Shown here piece after piece: positions 46,541 to 57,439 of a stretch of DNA of 64,000 bases. Each line of letters opens with the position of its first letter. Positions within the stretch are counted from its first letter, which is position 1. A program made the position numbers and the translations under genes. A model generated the notes under the pieces. It saw nothing but the letters and a program-made list of their open reading frames with translations, was not told the DNA's origin and ran no database searches. This DNA comes from a virus: the IMG/VR virus record IMGVR_UViG_3300015202_000003, positions 117,413 through 181,412 of that record. One strand, written 5' to 3'.

Positions 46541-49500
46541 ATGCCTCCTTCTGGTTCTCCGTCTTCAGCAAGTCCGTCTTCAGCAAGTCCGTCTTCAGCA
46601 AGTCCTATAAATCCAACATCCCCTCCAAAGACGGGGCCGGGGTGGGGTGTTTCTGCGGCATGGAGTTTTTTAGCGGGAATAGTGGGTTCTTCTCAAAATG
46701 CTTGGGCGGGTGCTTTTAAAACTTTTAGTTCCACATTTAAAACTGTTTTCGATGTTAATTTAAAAAAATCCGGGGTGGGATTAAATTCTGGTTTAAAAAA
46801 AGATGTAAAAGACACGTCTATTTCTGCCGCACAAAGTTTAAAAAAGTGTTTCTTAGACCCTTTAAATTTGGGGGTTAAAAACTCTACTTTAGGTTTGTTA
46901 GGATTAGTGGCGGGAATAAGAGACGTTGTGAGGGGCCAAGGAACTTTACATGATGTTTATGTAAAACAAGGTCAAGTTACGGGATTAGATTTAGATACTT
47001 TAAAAGAGAAGGCGGAAACTTTTAGAGAAAGGATGAACAATGCCAATACTGCTTATAGTCTTTACACGAAAAAACAACAAGACGATTTTGCAGAAAGTGT
47101 TCGCAAAGAAGGAGTATCACTTTATAAATTGACAAATGGCAGGGTAGATAGAAAAGAGGTGGCAGAAAAGATGGAGGAGGTTCAAAAAAGTTCTGGAATC
47201 CGTGATCCAGAGGTTGTCCAACAAATTACTCGCCAAGTTATTTTATTAGAGAAAGCTAATGCTCCTGTTACTGGTTATGCGGATGCAGCTGCGGAACTTT
47301 ATAACAATAAAAACTTTGACAAAAAAGAACTTCCTGCTCTTTTAAATAATCTTTCTCAAACACTTACTCAAGCCAAACAATCTTTAAATTTAGATGAAAC
47401 TCAATCCAGTTCGTTGTTGGAGGGTTTCAAAGGCGATTTAGAGCAGGCTTTTCGTTTTACGGGAAATAACCCTGCTCTTATAAAACAATTTACTCAGGGG
47501 GATATTTTAGGAAGGGCTTATGAAAAAAGAGCGGGATTAGATAATTTTGACATTAGTAAAAAAGCAATTGAAGCTGTAGATGATAAGGGTGGTGAAGCTG
47601 CTAAAGCTTTCAGTATTATGCACGTTAACCCTGAAGAACTTATTGCGGCAATGAAGACGGGCGGTGACGCCGTTCCTAAATTTTATCAAAAGTTTATGGA
47701 TAAGTTAGGTTCTTTGTCCAAAAGGGATCAAATAAACATGAAACCTGTTTGGGATTCTTTAGGCACAGGTGTTGATTTTGAAACCATTGTTTCAAAAGTC
47801 GGTTCAAGATTGCAAGGAGCCGACAAAGAATTAGAAGCTTCTTACGGTCATTTTGGAGAGGGTTTAGCAAAAGAAGCAGATTTTGTGAACTCTATTCTGG
47901 GAGATAAGATAAAGGCTCAAAGTTCTGCATTTGGAGAGAAAATTAAACATTTTGTAGAGAACTCTAAATTATCTTTATATATAGATGGTTTTTTCAAAGA
48001 TTTAGGAATTGACTGGACAACTATAACTCATATTTTTGAAATTGCGACACCTTTAGTTATTTTATTTGAAAGTTCTATCAAAAGATTAGGTTTAACTTTA
48101 ATTGAGATTCCGTTAAAACCTTTTAAGTTTCTTGGAAACTTGTTTAAGAGTTTTACGGGTGTTGCAGGAAAAGAAGGCGAAGAAGCGACAGTAGGATTAG
48201 CTGGAAAGATAGCGGCTTCTATTAGAGGCACATTAAAAGGTTTATTTTCTGGCGTTGGCGCAAGGTTGTTTGGAACGGCAGAAAAAGAAGGTGTAAAAGC
48301 TTCTTCTGGTTTGTTTATGAAAGTAAGTCGTTTCTTTGTAAACATTTTAGCAGACGGTTTAAAAGCTTTTGGTAGAATAGGAGAAATTTTTTCAGATTAT
48401 TTTAAATACGCTTGGGGTTTGATAGCTTACGAACTTAAAAATATTTCTTTTATTCGTCTCATAGGAACTCGTCTTTCAGTCGTTAGCGGCTATATAAGCC
48501 GTTGGATTTTAACAATTTTAACAACCGCTTCTGGTTGGATTTCTTCAATTACGGCTCCTATTAGAACATGGGCATCTGGAATTTTATCTTCTATGTCTTC
48601 TTCTTTGAAGGGAACTTTTTTAAGTAAACTTGGTAATTTGGGAAAGGGAATGTTTGGAGAAATAGGGGATGTATTAAAACAGTTGGGTGGAAAGTTGTGG
48701 ACTTCAATTACGGAAGCCGTTGGAATAGGGGGTGCAGCGGAAGAAGGTGAGGGTTTATTAGGTGGACTGTTAAAAAATTCTGGTAAGTTTTTAGGAAGTT
48801 TAGCGGGAAAATTGGCGGGTTCTTTAGGCGGATTAGCAGAAGGAATGTTTGGAATTTTAGAAAAATTAAATCCAATAGCTTTAATTTTTACGGTGGTAGC
48901 GGGCTATTTTCAAATTGGAAAAGCAAAAGACAAAATAAAAGCGTCAGTTAATTTTGCGGGACAAACGATAGGTGGTTTGTTAGGTTTTGCGGTAGGTGGC
49001 CCAATAGGAGCCCTGATAGGGACTTTATTAGGTGGTTTTCTATCTAAATTTTTAGAAAAGCCTGTCAGGGATTTCTTAGAAAAAAATCCGAAAGTTTCAG
49101 AGGCTTTAAGCAAGTTTGGTAATTGGATAAAAGACATTGGCGATAAAGCGATGGTTTTCTTAGGGGGTTTATGGAAAAGCATTAAAAAAATTGATTGGGG
49201 GAAAGTATTAGATGTAATTACGGGAGCCTTCTCTTCCTTTTGGAATTTTTTAAAACCTATTATTGCTGTTGTGGTTCCGGCTTTAATTGCAACGGGAAAA
49301 ACAATTTGGAGATTTATTGATACGTCTTTAATTCAACCTTTTAAAACTTTATTGGCTTTATTTAAAGGATCGGGAACAAAAGAATCTACTGGAGGTTTTG
49401 GAAAGTGGCTTACGATGCTAAGGGATAAAGCAGTTGAAATTTCTAATTTCGTTCTTCCCATTATTTTTAGATTTGTGGACTGGGCGGGGAGGGCAATTGG

Positions 49501-52500
49501 AGGTTTATTTAAATGGTTAATTCCGGTTTTATCCAAATATTATGAAATTATAACTGCTATAGTTGCATGGTTGGCGGATGCTATCTTAGCTACGGCTAAA
49601 GTTTTATATGCTGCTTTCAATGCTATTTTACCTTGGATTGGAAAAGCTTTTGATTGGTTAGTTAAAATATTTAGAAAATATATTGAACCTTATTTAATAA
49701 ATACTTTTAAATCAATTTTAGATTGGGGAGTGCTTTTCGGTAAGTGGGCTTCTAAAAATCTTCCGGAATTTTTGGATCAAACTATAGATGTATTGGGTGC
49801 ATTTGTAGACAGTTTTGGAACGAGCATGTCTGTTTTATTTAAGACGTGGGATTATACTTTAGAAGCAATTGCTGACTTGGATGCGGGTTTTCATCATTTG
49901 CAAGGTTCTATTTGGTCTTTTATGTCTCACATTCCCGGTTGGTCTAAACTTACGGGGGTAACTCAGGAACAAATAGATGCAGAAAAAAGTTATGTTTCTC
50001 CTTATAGAGACAATAAAATAGGGGATGAAACAATTAAGAGTTTAGCTAATTTACATACCGCTAAAGCATTACACGCTTTAATTAAAGGGGCATTAGACCC
50101 TAAAACAAACAAACCAGACACAACAACAGATTACGGAAAAGCACAGAAACAAACGAATAATTATTTAGACGATACATTGCCTACTTTCGGCAAAGAAGTG
50201 GGGAAACCTGTTTGGGATGCCGGAGTGGGTGTTGTTAAAGGAGTGGGTAAAAAAATAGAAGGTGGGATGAAAACGGCTTATGATTGGTTAAAAGAAAAAG
50301 CTCCTGAAACAAAAGAACAAGCTGTTTCTTACGTTATTCAGGGAAAGGCTTCTTTCAGTGATATTTTATCTCAAACAAAAGATAAATTTGGAGAAACAAG
50401 TCCACAATACCTACAAGCATTAAAAAGAATCAATCCTATTTTAGCGAGTTTTGAAAAAATGAGGCATAACATTATGGCCTCTACGGGAATAGGTTTCAAA
50501 AAAATAATTGGGGGTTCTACCTTTGAGGGCATGAAAAAGGGCTTTGGTTCGGCATTAGATTGGATTAAAGATAAAATGTCCAAAGATGGTATAAGTTTTG
50601 GAGGTGTTAATGGCCCTTCTAATTCTTCTAATGGGGATTCAAGTTCTACAGGCCAAAAAAATTCAGAGGGTTATAATATTACGTCGGGAGGGCCAATGGG
50701 ACAAAAAGTTTCAGCAGCTGCAATTGCAATGAATCCTTCAGGGGCTAATTTGGATGGAGATTCTGAGTGGCATCGCAATTGTCAAGTCAAAGCAAGAGAA
50801 GCTTTTCGTAAAGCAACGGGTTACAGACATTCTGCTTTTGGTCTTTCGGCGGCAGATACAATGAATAATTTCAAAAGTAAAGGTATTGGATATGCTTGGA
50901 CGGGAAAAGACACTCCTATTCCCGTAGGGGCTTTAGTTTATTCTTCTGGAAGAGTTGGTAATGGTTCTGGACACGTTCAAATAATGGGTTCAGATGGTAT
51001 GTTTCACGATCAATACGGCGCTCATCCTCGTCCAAAAACCCGTCCTGATTGGATTGTTCCTTCTGACGGGCTATCGCGTGGCGCGGGAGGAAAAGTTTCT
51101 GATTATAATGCACAAAATTATATTGGAGGTTCGGTAGCAACGGCTGAAAACTCTGACAATCAAAACGGAACTTACGTTAATTCTTCTGATAAAAAAGTAA
51201 AAAGTTTTCAATTTTCAGATGATTTTAAAAAACAAGTTGCGAGCGATCCGACTTCACAAAGAGAGGTAAGAAACCATTTTGGTAAAAAGGGAAAAGCAGG
51301 GCCAGCAGCTTGGGCTAAATTTTATCAATATTACGGAGATTCCAGACATTCTATTAATGTTTTAGCCAATAGAATAATTAAAAATGTAAATGAGCCTCAA
51401 AAAGACCTTCCTTTTGAGCAGACACAGCAGTATAAAAACATTCAAAACAAATATAGAATTTCTCGAAAGTCTCTACAAAAAGATAGTGAAAACTACGGGC
51501 TTATAAGTCAACTTACTGACCCCAACAATATTAATTTAAAACATTTTTCTGAATCTAACGATGAAATGTCGAACCGTCATGCTGACAGAGTTCGTCGTTC
51601 ATATGAAAAAATGCGACTGAAACAGGATAGGGAAGTAGCAAAAGCAAGACAAGAATACAATGGAAATAATTTTTATAGAAAAGAACATGCACAATGGAGA
51701 ATGTCCCATGAAGGCAAAGGTTACTACGGACAATGGGGAACAAAAACAATAAAAGGGAAAAGAAGGTTTGTTCCCAACAAAGTTTCTTCCGATAAACCTT
51801 CTGTTTCAGATTATCAGACTACGGGGGGTGCGGGTTCTGGTGAAAGTTTGGGAGGTTTTGATTTTTCACATTTTGGTTTAGATGCTGTAGGAAAAGGAAA
51901 TTTAAATAAGTATGTAGGTGTAATAGAGGCTTCTTCTAAGGCGTCTGGTGTTCCCGGTCAGTTATTAGCTTCTGTTATGGCAGTTGAGTCTCATTTTAAA
52001 AATCTTCCTTTAAATAGTGCAGGGGCGGGGGGTATTGCTCAGTTCAAACCTTCTACTTTGAAAGAGTATGGTGGGGGAACGAAGGTAATGAATATAAAGG
52101 CTTCCATAATGGCTGAAGGCCGTATGTATGCCCATTTAATTAAAAAATACTCTGCTTCTAAATATCAGGGAAAGGGTTACTCTGCTCAAGAGTTAGCAAC
52201 CGCAGCTTACAATAATGGCGAAAAGGGTTTTGAGGATTGGTGGAATAGTGGCAGGTCTAAAAATAGTCCTGAGCAAAGATACATTACGAAACTAAGAAAA
52301 GTAAATGCTTTTGGTGGCGGAAGTGATGGGGCTACTGATTCTTCTTTTCCAAGTTCAACATCTAATTCTTCTTCTAAACCTTATTCTCCCGGTGGAATGA
52401 AACACGTTGTATTAAAAAACGATCCTAATACAAATCCTTCTTTAAGTTCTTTTAGATTAAACTCGGATCAAATGGAAAAGTTTTTTGGTCAATCTACGGA

Positions 52501-52840
52501 GATGGGGCAAAGAGCGGGAACAATGACAAATTTTGGAATTGGAAATACAATTCAACAGGCATATAGTTCGGTTCCAAGTTCAATGACTCCTGACATGAAC
52601 CCTGTTTCTTTAAATCCTACGCCTTTACCGTTTAATTTTCAAGGTGGGATAGGTTCTATTTCTTCTCCTATAAAACCGGATGCGACTTTACAAGATATAG
52701 TAGATGCGATACATAGTCAAACAAAAGTGTTGGAAGAAATGGATTCTTTTGATGGAGATGGTGATTCTGATTCTAAGAACCCTGTTAAGTTCAATAAGGA
52801 CTTACCTGCTCCTGCTCTTCCTTTTGGCTATAAATTATAA
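46541..52840 (+). CDS. tape measure protein with C-terminal CHAP/NlpC-like and lytic transglycosylase (SLT) domains
   Basis: 2099 aa with W/F-spaced helical repeats; NCQ...GALVY...GHVQI; SVMAVESHF...SAGAGGIAQF...AAYNNG. Confidence 0.9.
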   Translation: MPPSGSPSSASPSSASPSSASPINPTSPPKTGPGWGVSAAWSFLAGIVGSSQNAWAGAFKTFSSTFKTVFDVNLKKSGVGLNSGLKKDVKDTSISAAQSLKKCFLDPLNLGVKNSTLGLLGLVAGIRDVVRGQGTLHDVYVKQGQVTGLDLDTLKEKAETFRERMNNANTAYSLYTKKQQDDFAESVRKEGVSLYKLTNGRVDRKEVAEKMEEVQKSSGIRDPEVVQQITRQVILLEKANAPVTGYADAAAELYNNKNFDKKELPALLNNLSQTLTQAKQSLNLDETQSSSLLEGFKGDLEQAFRFTGNNPALIKQFTQGDILGRAYEKRAGLDNFDISKKAIEAVDDKGGEAAKAFSIMHVNPEELIAAMKTGGDAVPKFYQKFMDKLGSLSKRDQINMKPVWDSLGTGVDFETIVSKVGSRLQGADKELEASYGHFGEGLAKEADFVNSILGDKIKAQSSAFGEKIKHFVENSKLSLYIDGFFKDLGIDWTTITHIFEIATPLVILFESSIKRLGLTLIEIPLKPFKFLGNLFKSFTGVAGKEGEEATVGLAGKIAASIRGTLKGLFSGVGARLFGTAEKEGVKASSGLFMKVSRFFVNILADGLKAFGRIGEIFSDYFKYAWGLIAYELKNISFIRLIGTRLSVVSGYISRWILTILTTASGWISSITAPIRTWASGILSSMSSSLKGTFLSKLGNLGKGMFGEIGDVLKQLGGKLWTSITEAVGIGGAAEEGEGLLGGLLKNSGKFLGSLAGKLAGSLGGLAEGMFGILEKLNPIALIFTVVAGYFQIGKAKDKIKASVNFAGQTIGGLLGFAVGGPIGALIGTLLGGFLSKFLEKPVRDFLEKNPKVSEALSKFGNWIKDIGDKAMVFLGGLWKSIKKIDWGKVLDVITGAFSSFWNFLKPIIAVVVPALIATGKTIWRFIDTSLIQPFKTLLALFKGSGTKESTGGFGKWLTMLRDKAVEISNFVLPIIFRFVDWAGRAIGGLFKWLIPVLSKYYEIITAIVAWLADAILATAKVLYAAFNAILPWIGKAFDWLVKIFRKYIEPYLINTFKSILDWGVLFGKWASKNLPEFLDQTIDVLGAFVDSFGTSMSVLFKTWDYTLEAIADLDAGFHHLQGSIWSFMSHIPGWSKLTGVTQEQIDAEKSYVSPYRDNKIGDETIKSLANLHTAKALHALIKGALDPKTNKPDTTTDYGKAQKQTNNYLDDTLPTFGKEVGKPVWDAGVGVVKGVGKKIEGGMKTAYDWLKEKAPETKEQAVSYVIQGKASFSDILSQTKDKFGETSPQYLQALKRINPILASFEKMRHNIMASTGIGFKKIIGGSTFEGMKKGFGSALDWIKDKMSKDGISFGGVNGPSNSSNGDSSSTGQKNSEGYNITSGGPMGQKVSAAAIAMNPSGANLDGDSEWHRNCQVKAREAFRKATGYRHSAFGLSAADTMNNFKSKGIGYAWTGKDTPIPVGALVYSSGRVGNGSGHVQIMGSDGMFHDQYGAHPRPKTRPDWIVPSDGLSRGAGGKVSDYNAQNYIGGSVATAENSDNQNGTYVNSSDKKVKSFQFSDDFKKQVASDPTSQREVRNHFGKKGKAGPAAWAKFYQYYGDSRHSINVLANRIIKNVNEPQKDLPFEQTQQYKNIQNKYRISRKSLQKDSENYGLISQLTDPNNINLKHFSESNDEMSNRHADRVRRSYEKMRLKQDREVAKARQEYNGNNFYRKEHAQWRMSHEGKGYYGQWGTKTIKGKRRFVPNKVSSDKPSVSDYQTTGGAGSGESLGGFDFSHFGLDAVGKGNLNKYVGVIEASSKASGVPGQLLASVMAVESHFKNLPLNSAGAGGIAQFKPSTLKEYGGGTKVMNIKASIMAEGRMYAHLIKKYSASKYQGKGYSAQELATAAYNNGEKGFEDWWNSGRSKNSPEQRYITKLRKVNAFGGGSDGATDSSFPSSTSNSSSKPYSPGGMKHVVLKNDPNTNPSLSSFRLNSDQMEKFFGQSTEMGQRAGTMTNFGIGNTIQQAYSSVPSSMTPDMNPVSLNPTPLPFNFQGGIGSISSPIKPDATLQDIVDAIHSQTKVLEEMDSFDGDGDSDSKNPVKFNKDLPAPALPFGYKL
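46558..46605 (+). repeat. 15-bp coding tandem repeat (SPSSA x3)
   Basis: CCGTCTTCAGCAAGT three times at the tape measure N-terminus. Confidence 0.85.
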
Positions 52841-52856
52841 AAAATTTAATTAAATT

Positions 52857-52880
52857 AAATTAGAATCTTCGTTCTAATTT
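52857..52880 (+). promoter_or_regulatory. TCTTCG-loop hairpin motif, copy 6
   Basis: AAATTAGAA-TCTTCG-TTCTAATTT, a perfect 9-bp stem. Confidence 0.65.
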
Positions 52881-52906
52881 TTAATTTTAAACAGTATTAA
52901 AAAACA

Positions 52907-54040
52907 ATGGAACTTTCATATATTAGGGATTTAAATAGTAACAGTGCGCTTCGTTTTGATTATTTAACTGACGGGGCTGAATTTACTGACACTGTTTCTG
53001 TTTCTTGGGGAGAGCAAGCTATTATTGGGCGTTCGGAACCTTTTAGATATTACGAAGGAACTTCTAAAAGGAGCATAGGAATTTCTTTATTTTTTTGTAG
53101 TAGTGTTTGCGTAGAGGATACTTTTTATGGAATAGAAAACAATTCCAACATAAAAACTTCTTCTAATCCTGCCTATGCTACAAAAAACAAATCAATTGCT
53201 CAAAATATAAAACATCAACTTAGTGATAGAAAAGTGGGGGGAGTGGTTTGGGTAAACGAACAAGTTCCTATGGAGTGGAGAGTTGTGCATCAAGTTAATT
53301 TTTTAAGAAGTTTTTTATATCCCACTTACGTTCCTAATCAAGATGGAACGGGAGTTTCCAGAGTAGATAAGCCTCCTTTGGCTTATCTTTCTTTGGCTTC
53401 TTTTTTAAAATTTAAAGGGATTGTAACGGAAGTCGGAGTAAGCTGGAAAAGGCCTTTTATTTCTAACGATTTGCAATTGCCGATTGTGGCGGAAGTTACA
53501 TTAAATTTTGATGTTATATCGGATACGCCTTATGATTCTAATATGATAAGAAACAGTTTAAATTTTTTAAACAATACTTCATTGCAAGCGGCAACACCTA
53601 ATCAAACATCTTCTAATTTACTTTCTGCTCAAAACACTCAAAAATTGCCGAGTTTGCCTGAAAAATATGTTTCTTTATATAATTTAAATTACACAAACAT
53701 GAAAGCGTATAAAGCTAAATCTCATGCAAGCAATTATCATACTTTATACAGTAATTACATAGATAGCTACACGAACTTAGAATCTTATTTAAATTTAAAT
53801 AAAGTAACAAATGAACAGAGAGATTTCTTAGAAAAGAGATTAAAAAGTGAAAGTTTTCAACAAGTGGGAACATTACAAGATGCTTTCCATTCGGGCGGTG
53901 TAAACGATGTTAAATCTTATCCTGTAGGCGTTCAACCTTTAAAACTACCAAATTCTAATGCTTTAAATCTTGCACTTAGAAAACCTTCTCCTGCCCGTTC
54001 TCCTCGATTAGGTTCTACTGACAATGGAAGTGGACATTAA
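52907..54040 (+). CDS. baseplate / tail tube initiator-like protein
   Basis: W....IIGRSEPFRYY..T.R.I...L.F; VNFLRSFLYP.Y; PPL; position after the tape measure. Confidence 0.7.
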   Translation: MELSYIRDLNSNSALRFDYLTDGAEFTDTVSVSWGEQAIIGRSEPFRYYEGTSKRSIGISLFFCSSVCVEDTFYGIENNSNIKTSSNPAYATKNKSIAQNIKHQLSDRKVGGVVWVNEQVPMEWRVVHQVNFLRSFLYPTYVPNQDGTGVSRVDKPPLAYLSLASFLKFKGIVTEVGVSWKRPFISNDLQLPIVAEVTLNFDVISDTPYDSNMIRNSLNFLNNTSLQAATPNQTSSNLLSAQNTQKLPSLPEKYVSLYNLNYTNMKAYKAKSHASNYHTLYSNYIDSYTNLESYLNLNKVTNEQRDFLEKRLKSESFQQVGTLQDAFHSGGVNDVKSYPVGVQPLKLPNSNALNLALRKPSPARSPRLGSTDNGSGH

Positions 54041-54047
54041 ATAAAAA

Positions 54048-54392
54048 ATGAATTTTAATTTAAATGAAATTAAAGAGATTGCGGATTCTCCTAATAATTT
54101 ACCTGCTTTTTCGAGGTATAAGTTTGTTACTTTATTAGAAACAAATTATAGGGATTTTTTAGATTTGCCTTATTTTCCACAAATTTACGATTTGCCTGTT
54201 AATTCTTATTTTACTGTTACTCTGTCTGAAGAAGACCGGATTGATAAGGTTTCATATAAGGTCTTTGGAAATACAAGATTATGGTGGGTTATCTGTATTT
54301 ACAATAAAATCGAGAATCCCTACGATCTTCCTATGGGTTTTGTTCTAAAGATACCGTCGTTAGAAAGTCTTTACAATTTTGATGTTGTATAA
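54048..54392 (+). CDS. baseplate wedge LysM-like protein (T4 gp53-like)
   Basis: DRIDKVSYKVFGNTRLWWVICIYNKI...LPMGFVLKIP. Confidence 0.85.
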   Translation: MNFNLNEIKEIADSPNNLPAFSRYKFVTLLETNYRDFLDLPYFPQIYDLPVNSYFTVTLSEEDRIDKVSYKVFGNTRLWWVICIYNKIENPYDLPMGFVLKIPSLESLYNFDVV

Positions 54393-54413
54393 TTTGTTAG
54401 ACTATTTTTTTAA

Positions 54414-55223
54414 ATGCCTCGTTCTAAACCTGCTTGGACAAAAGAGCAAGATTCTCTTCTTTTATCTTTAATTGAGCAAAAAACTCCTTCTGAAAAAATA
54501 TCTGTGTGTTTAGGAAGAACTCGAAACGCTGTCGAAAGTAGAGCCAGACGTTTGGGAAGTAGTGTGTCTTTAAATTGTTGGACAGATGAGCAAGTTAGTC
54601 TTTTACGTTCTTGTGTTTCTCAGGGAAAAACTATTGAAGAAATGGTTTTTTTGTTGGGTGTAACGAGAAAAAGATTACGTCCTAAGCTAAATCATTTGGG
54701 AATTAATTCTTTTAAAAGTCAAAGTAGGAAAGAACAAAAAGATTTGAGATTAAAGGGTTTAAAACGCTGTCCTAATTGTAAAGAAATTAAACCTCTCAAT
54801 ACTGAGTATTTTGTTCCTCCTCTTGTTTATTGTATTTTTTGTGAACCTGTCCTTAGAAACAAAAGAAGAATCTCTTCTTTGAAAAGTGTTCTAAATTCAC
54901 GTCTTAAAGGTGCAAAAGCAACTTCTAAAAAGAAAGGAAGAGAATTTAATTTAACTTTAGATTGTTTATTAGACTTGCTTGAAAAACAAGAGGGTAAATG
55001 TTTTTATACAGGTGAAATTATGACGGTTGGGGGAGAAGAAAGAAGCACTTTTACATCTGCTTTTTCTATTTCCATTGACAGGGTAGATTCTTCAAAAGAA
55101 TATGTAGAAGGAAATGTTGTTTTGTGTTGTTGGAGAGTGAACCAAATGAAAAGTGAGTTTTCTGTTGAAGATTTGAAATTTTGGTGCGAAAGAATTTCTT
55201 CTTGTAAAAATAAGATAGTTTAA
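54414..55223 (+). CDS. free-standing HNH-type homing endonuclease with N-terminal HTH repeats
   Basis: WT.EQ..LL twice, CxxC zinc ribbons, CFYTG...SIDRVDSSKEY..GNVVLCC..VN.MK. Confidence 0.8.
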   Translation: MPRSKPAWTKEQDSLLLSLIEQKTPSEKISVCLGRTRNAVESRARRLGSSVSLNCWTDEQVSLLRSCVSQGKTIEEMVFLLGVTRKRLRPKLNHLGINSFKSQSRKEQKDLRLKGLKRCPNCKEIKPLNTEYFVPPLVYCIFCEPVLRNKRRISSLKSVLNSRLKGAKATSKKKGREFNLTLDCLLDLLEKQEGKCFYTGEIMTVGGEERSTFTSAFSISIDRVDSSKEYVEGNVVLCCWRVNQMKSEFSVEDLKFWCERISSCKNKIV

Positions 55224-55303
55224 TTGAAATAAAACAAAGAAAGAAGATTCCAAGTAAATTTTTTTTCAATTTTCATATTATTGTCGTTAAATTAAAATTT
55301 CCA

Positions 55304-56725
55304 ATGTTAAAAAACAGAAGTAAAAATACAAAATCGCAATTTACGGGTGTTTCGGAAAGCCATACTCCGAATCCGAGTATGGTTTTTCTGAGTTTTCTCT
55401 TAGACCCCTTAAACCCTCAAAATCCCGGTCATGTAGATTTGACGACATTTCCTAATTTTACATTTGTTAGTTTTACGCACACTTATGTTGGTAAAGGAAT
55501 GAGTGGAGATAGTTGGAGTTTGCAGTTATATGATCCCACATGGACGGACATTGAATTTTATTTATTTCAGAAAGAGATATCACAAACATACGTTTTATTT
55601 AGGTATGGTTACACAGATGAGGGATCTGCTAAAAGCCCTCCTCGTTATGGGGTTGTATCGGGAGTTACTTGTAATTTAGAAACGTCGGGAATGACAATTA
55701 CAATTACTGGGGGGAGTTCTAATATTATTACTCAATTTACTCAGAGATTCGAGAATTTTTCGGATGCGAGTATTTCGGACATTATTAAAAAAATGATTTC
55801 TTTTGAAGGATTAAGAGAGGGTTTAATTGTTCCCACAAAAAAAATCCCTCATCCTAACAACGACAGTCAGCATTTTACGTTTCAAATGCACGGTCAAACT
55901 TTCATGCAATTTATTAACAGCTATTTAATTCCTCACAGTATTTCTGAAAGTGGGGAGGCCAATTATAAGTTACATATAAGTTCGGCAACGGAGCCTCCAA
56001 CTGTTCATTATTATCCAGAGAATTACGATACGAGCGACTATTTTAAAACAGAGGATAAAGCATATAAAACTTATTTGTATCAACGTTCGGAAAAGTCTGA
56101 GGTTATTTCTTGGGCGCCTTCAATTATTCCTATAAACATTTATTCTAAGAAGAGTATCCATGAAGCGGGCGGTATTTTAAGTAGCACACAAATAAATAAA
56201 AAAACGGGTTTAGTGGAAAATATAAAAACTGACCCTAAGGATTTAAAAGACAATAAAAATCCTGCTACTAAAAAAGACCCTAAAAAATTTCAAACGGAAA
56301 CATTGAAACAAAAAGTAAAACCGAATCCGTTAGCTTCTCCTAAAGACAGAGCGGCACGGAATCCGGGCAGGAATTTCATTTTACCTTCTTCTTCTGTTCA
56401 AACTGTTCAAGTAAGACAACGATGTGCTTTAGCTTGTGCTGATTCTTCCGGGATTACGGGGAATTTAACCCTTGTTGGCGACCCTCATTTTCCTTCAGGT
56501 GAGCTTTCAAGGGTAAGGTTAATTGTTTTAACGCCTTTAAATCAAGAGCATTATTCCTCTGGTTTATATCAAGTAACGCAAGTAACCCATACAATTTCTT
56601 CTTCTTATACAACATCTGTTGAACTTAAAAGCCCTGTTTTCCAATCATCTGACCAGAAACCTTCTCAATCTCCGATTCCTTTACCGCGTCCAACTGTTAT
56701 TACTCCTCCAAAAACAACCGTTTAA
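55304..56725 (+). CDS. baseplate hub protein (gp27 / GPD-like)
   Basis: LFRYGY, SISDIIKKM, LTLVGDP, SGLYQVTQVTHTI...YTTSVEL; lies upstream of the spike. Confidence 0.75.
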   Translation: MLKNRSKNTKSQFTGVSESHTPNPSMVFLSFLLDPLNPQNPGHVDLTTFPNFTFVSFTHTYVGKGMSGDSWSLQLYDPTWTDIEFYLFQKEISQTYVLFRYGYTDEGSAKSPPRYGVVSGVTCNLETSGMTITITGGSSNIITQFTQRFENFSDASISDIIKKMISFEGLREGLIVPTKKIPHPNNDSQHFTFQMHGQTFMQFINSYLIPHSISESGEANYKLHISSATEPPTVHYYPENYDTSDYFKTEDKAYKTYLYQRSEKSEVISWAPSIIPINIYSKKSIHEAGGILSSTQINKKTGLVENIKTDPKDLKDNKNPATKKDPKKFQTETLKQKVKPNPLASPKDRAARNPGRNFILPSSSVQTVQVRQRCALACADSSGITGNLTLVGDPHFPSGELSRVRLIVLTPLNQEHYSSGLYQVTQVTHTISSSYTTSVELKSPVFQSSDQKPSQSPIPLPRPTVITPPKTTV

Positions 56726-56740
56726 ATTTTAAAATTAATC

Positions 56741-57427
56741 ATGGCTAAACATCCCTATGAAGAACTTGCAGATGCAATATCTTCTATTGTTTATGGAAGT
56801 GAAGATGGAATGTATATGTTTCCATTAAGAGCATATTGTAAAAACAATGTTGACCCACATAAGCAGGGAAGGGTTCAAATTTACTGTCCTTCGATTTCGG
56901 GTGAAAAATGCCCTCCTCTTAAAGATTTATTATGGGCTTCTCCCTGTATTCCATTGGGGGGCAGTTCTAATTTAAGTTCTTTTACGGTTCCTGAAATGGG
57001 GGCTAAATTGTGGGTAATTTTCGAGGCGGGTTCATTAAATTTTCCTTTGTATATAGGACAGTGGCCCGCCCAAAATGAATTGTCGGAAGAAACGTATGAC
57101 AGTGAAAATAGTCCTGCTTATGATTTTATTTATCATCGAAATAAAATTAAAATAAGAACAAAAAGAGATCAAAAGGAACTTTTAATTCAATTTGATGAAA
57201 ATACGACACAGGCTTTAACATCTGATTCAATTAACATTAAAAGAAAAGATTCTGTTGTAAATTTATCTGACAATTTAATTTCTTTAAGTGTGGGTTCAAC
57301 AAACATAACTTTAACGGGAGATTCTATTTCTCTCTCTTCTGGTGGTTCTAATATTAAAATTAATTCTTCTACGATAGATTTGTTATCTGCCGTTGTTAAT
57401 GTCAAAGAAATCTTAAATGTGGGATAA
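56741..57427 (+). CDS. central baseplate spike (gp5/VgrG OB-fold plus beta-helix)
   Basis: DP..QGRVQIY.P, WASPC.P, VPEMG..LWVIFEAG...PLYIG; C-terminal beta repeats. Confidence 0.88.
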   Translation: MAKHPYEELADAISSIVYGSEDGMYMFPLRAYCKNNVDPHKQGRVQIYCPSISGEKCPPLKDLLWASPCIPLGGSSNLSSFTVPEMGAKLWVIFEAGSLNFPLYIGQWPAQNELSEETYDSENSPAYDFIYHRNKIKIRTKRDQKELLIQFDENTTQALTSDSINIKRKDSVVNLSDNLISLSVGSTNITLTGDSISLSSGGSNIKINSSTIDLLSAVVNVKEILNVG

Positions 57428-57439
57428 ACAGTTTTATTT

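Noticed and set aside
902-57405. Many short minus-strand ORFs in the track (e.g. 902, 1517, 9013, 23537, 28272-29375, 48028-51749, 57187)
   Set aside because: They are antisense shadows of long plus-strand genes, with low-complexity F/S/L/I composition and no motifs.
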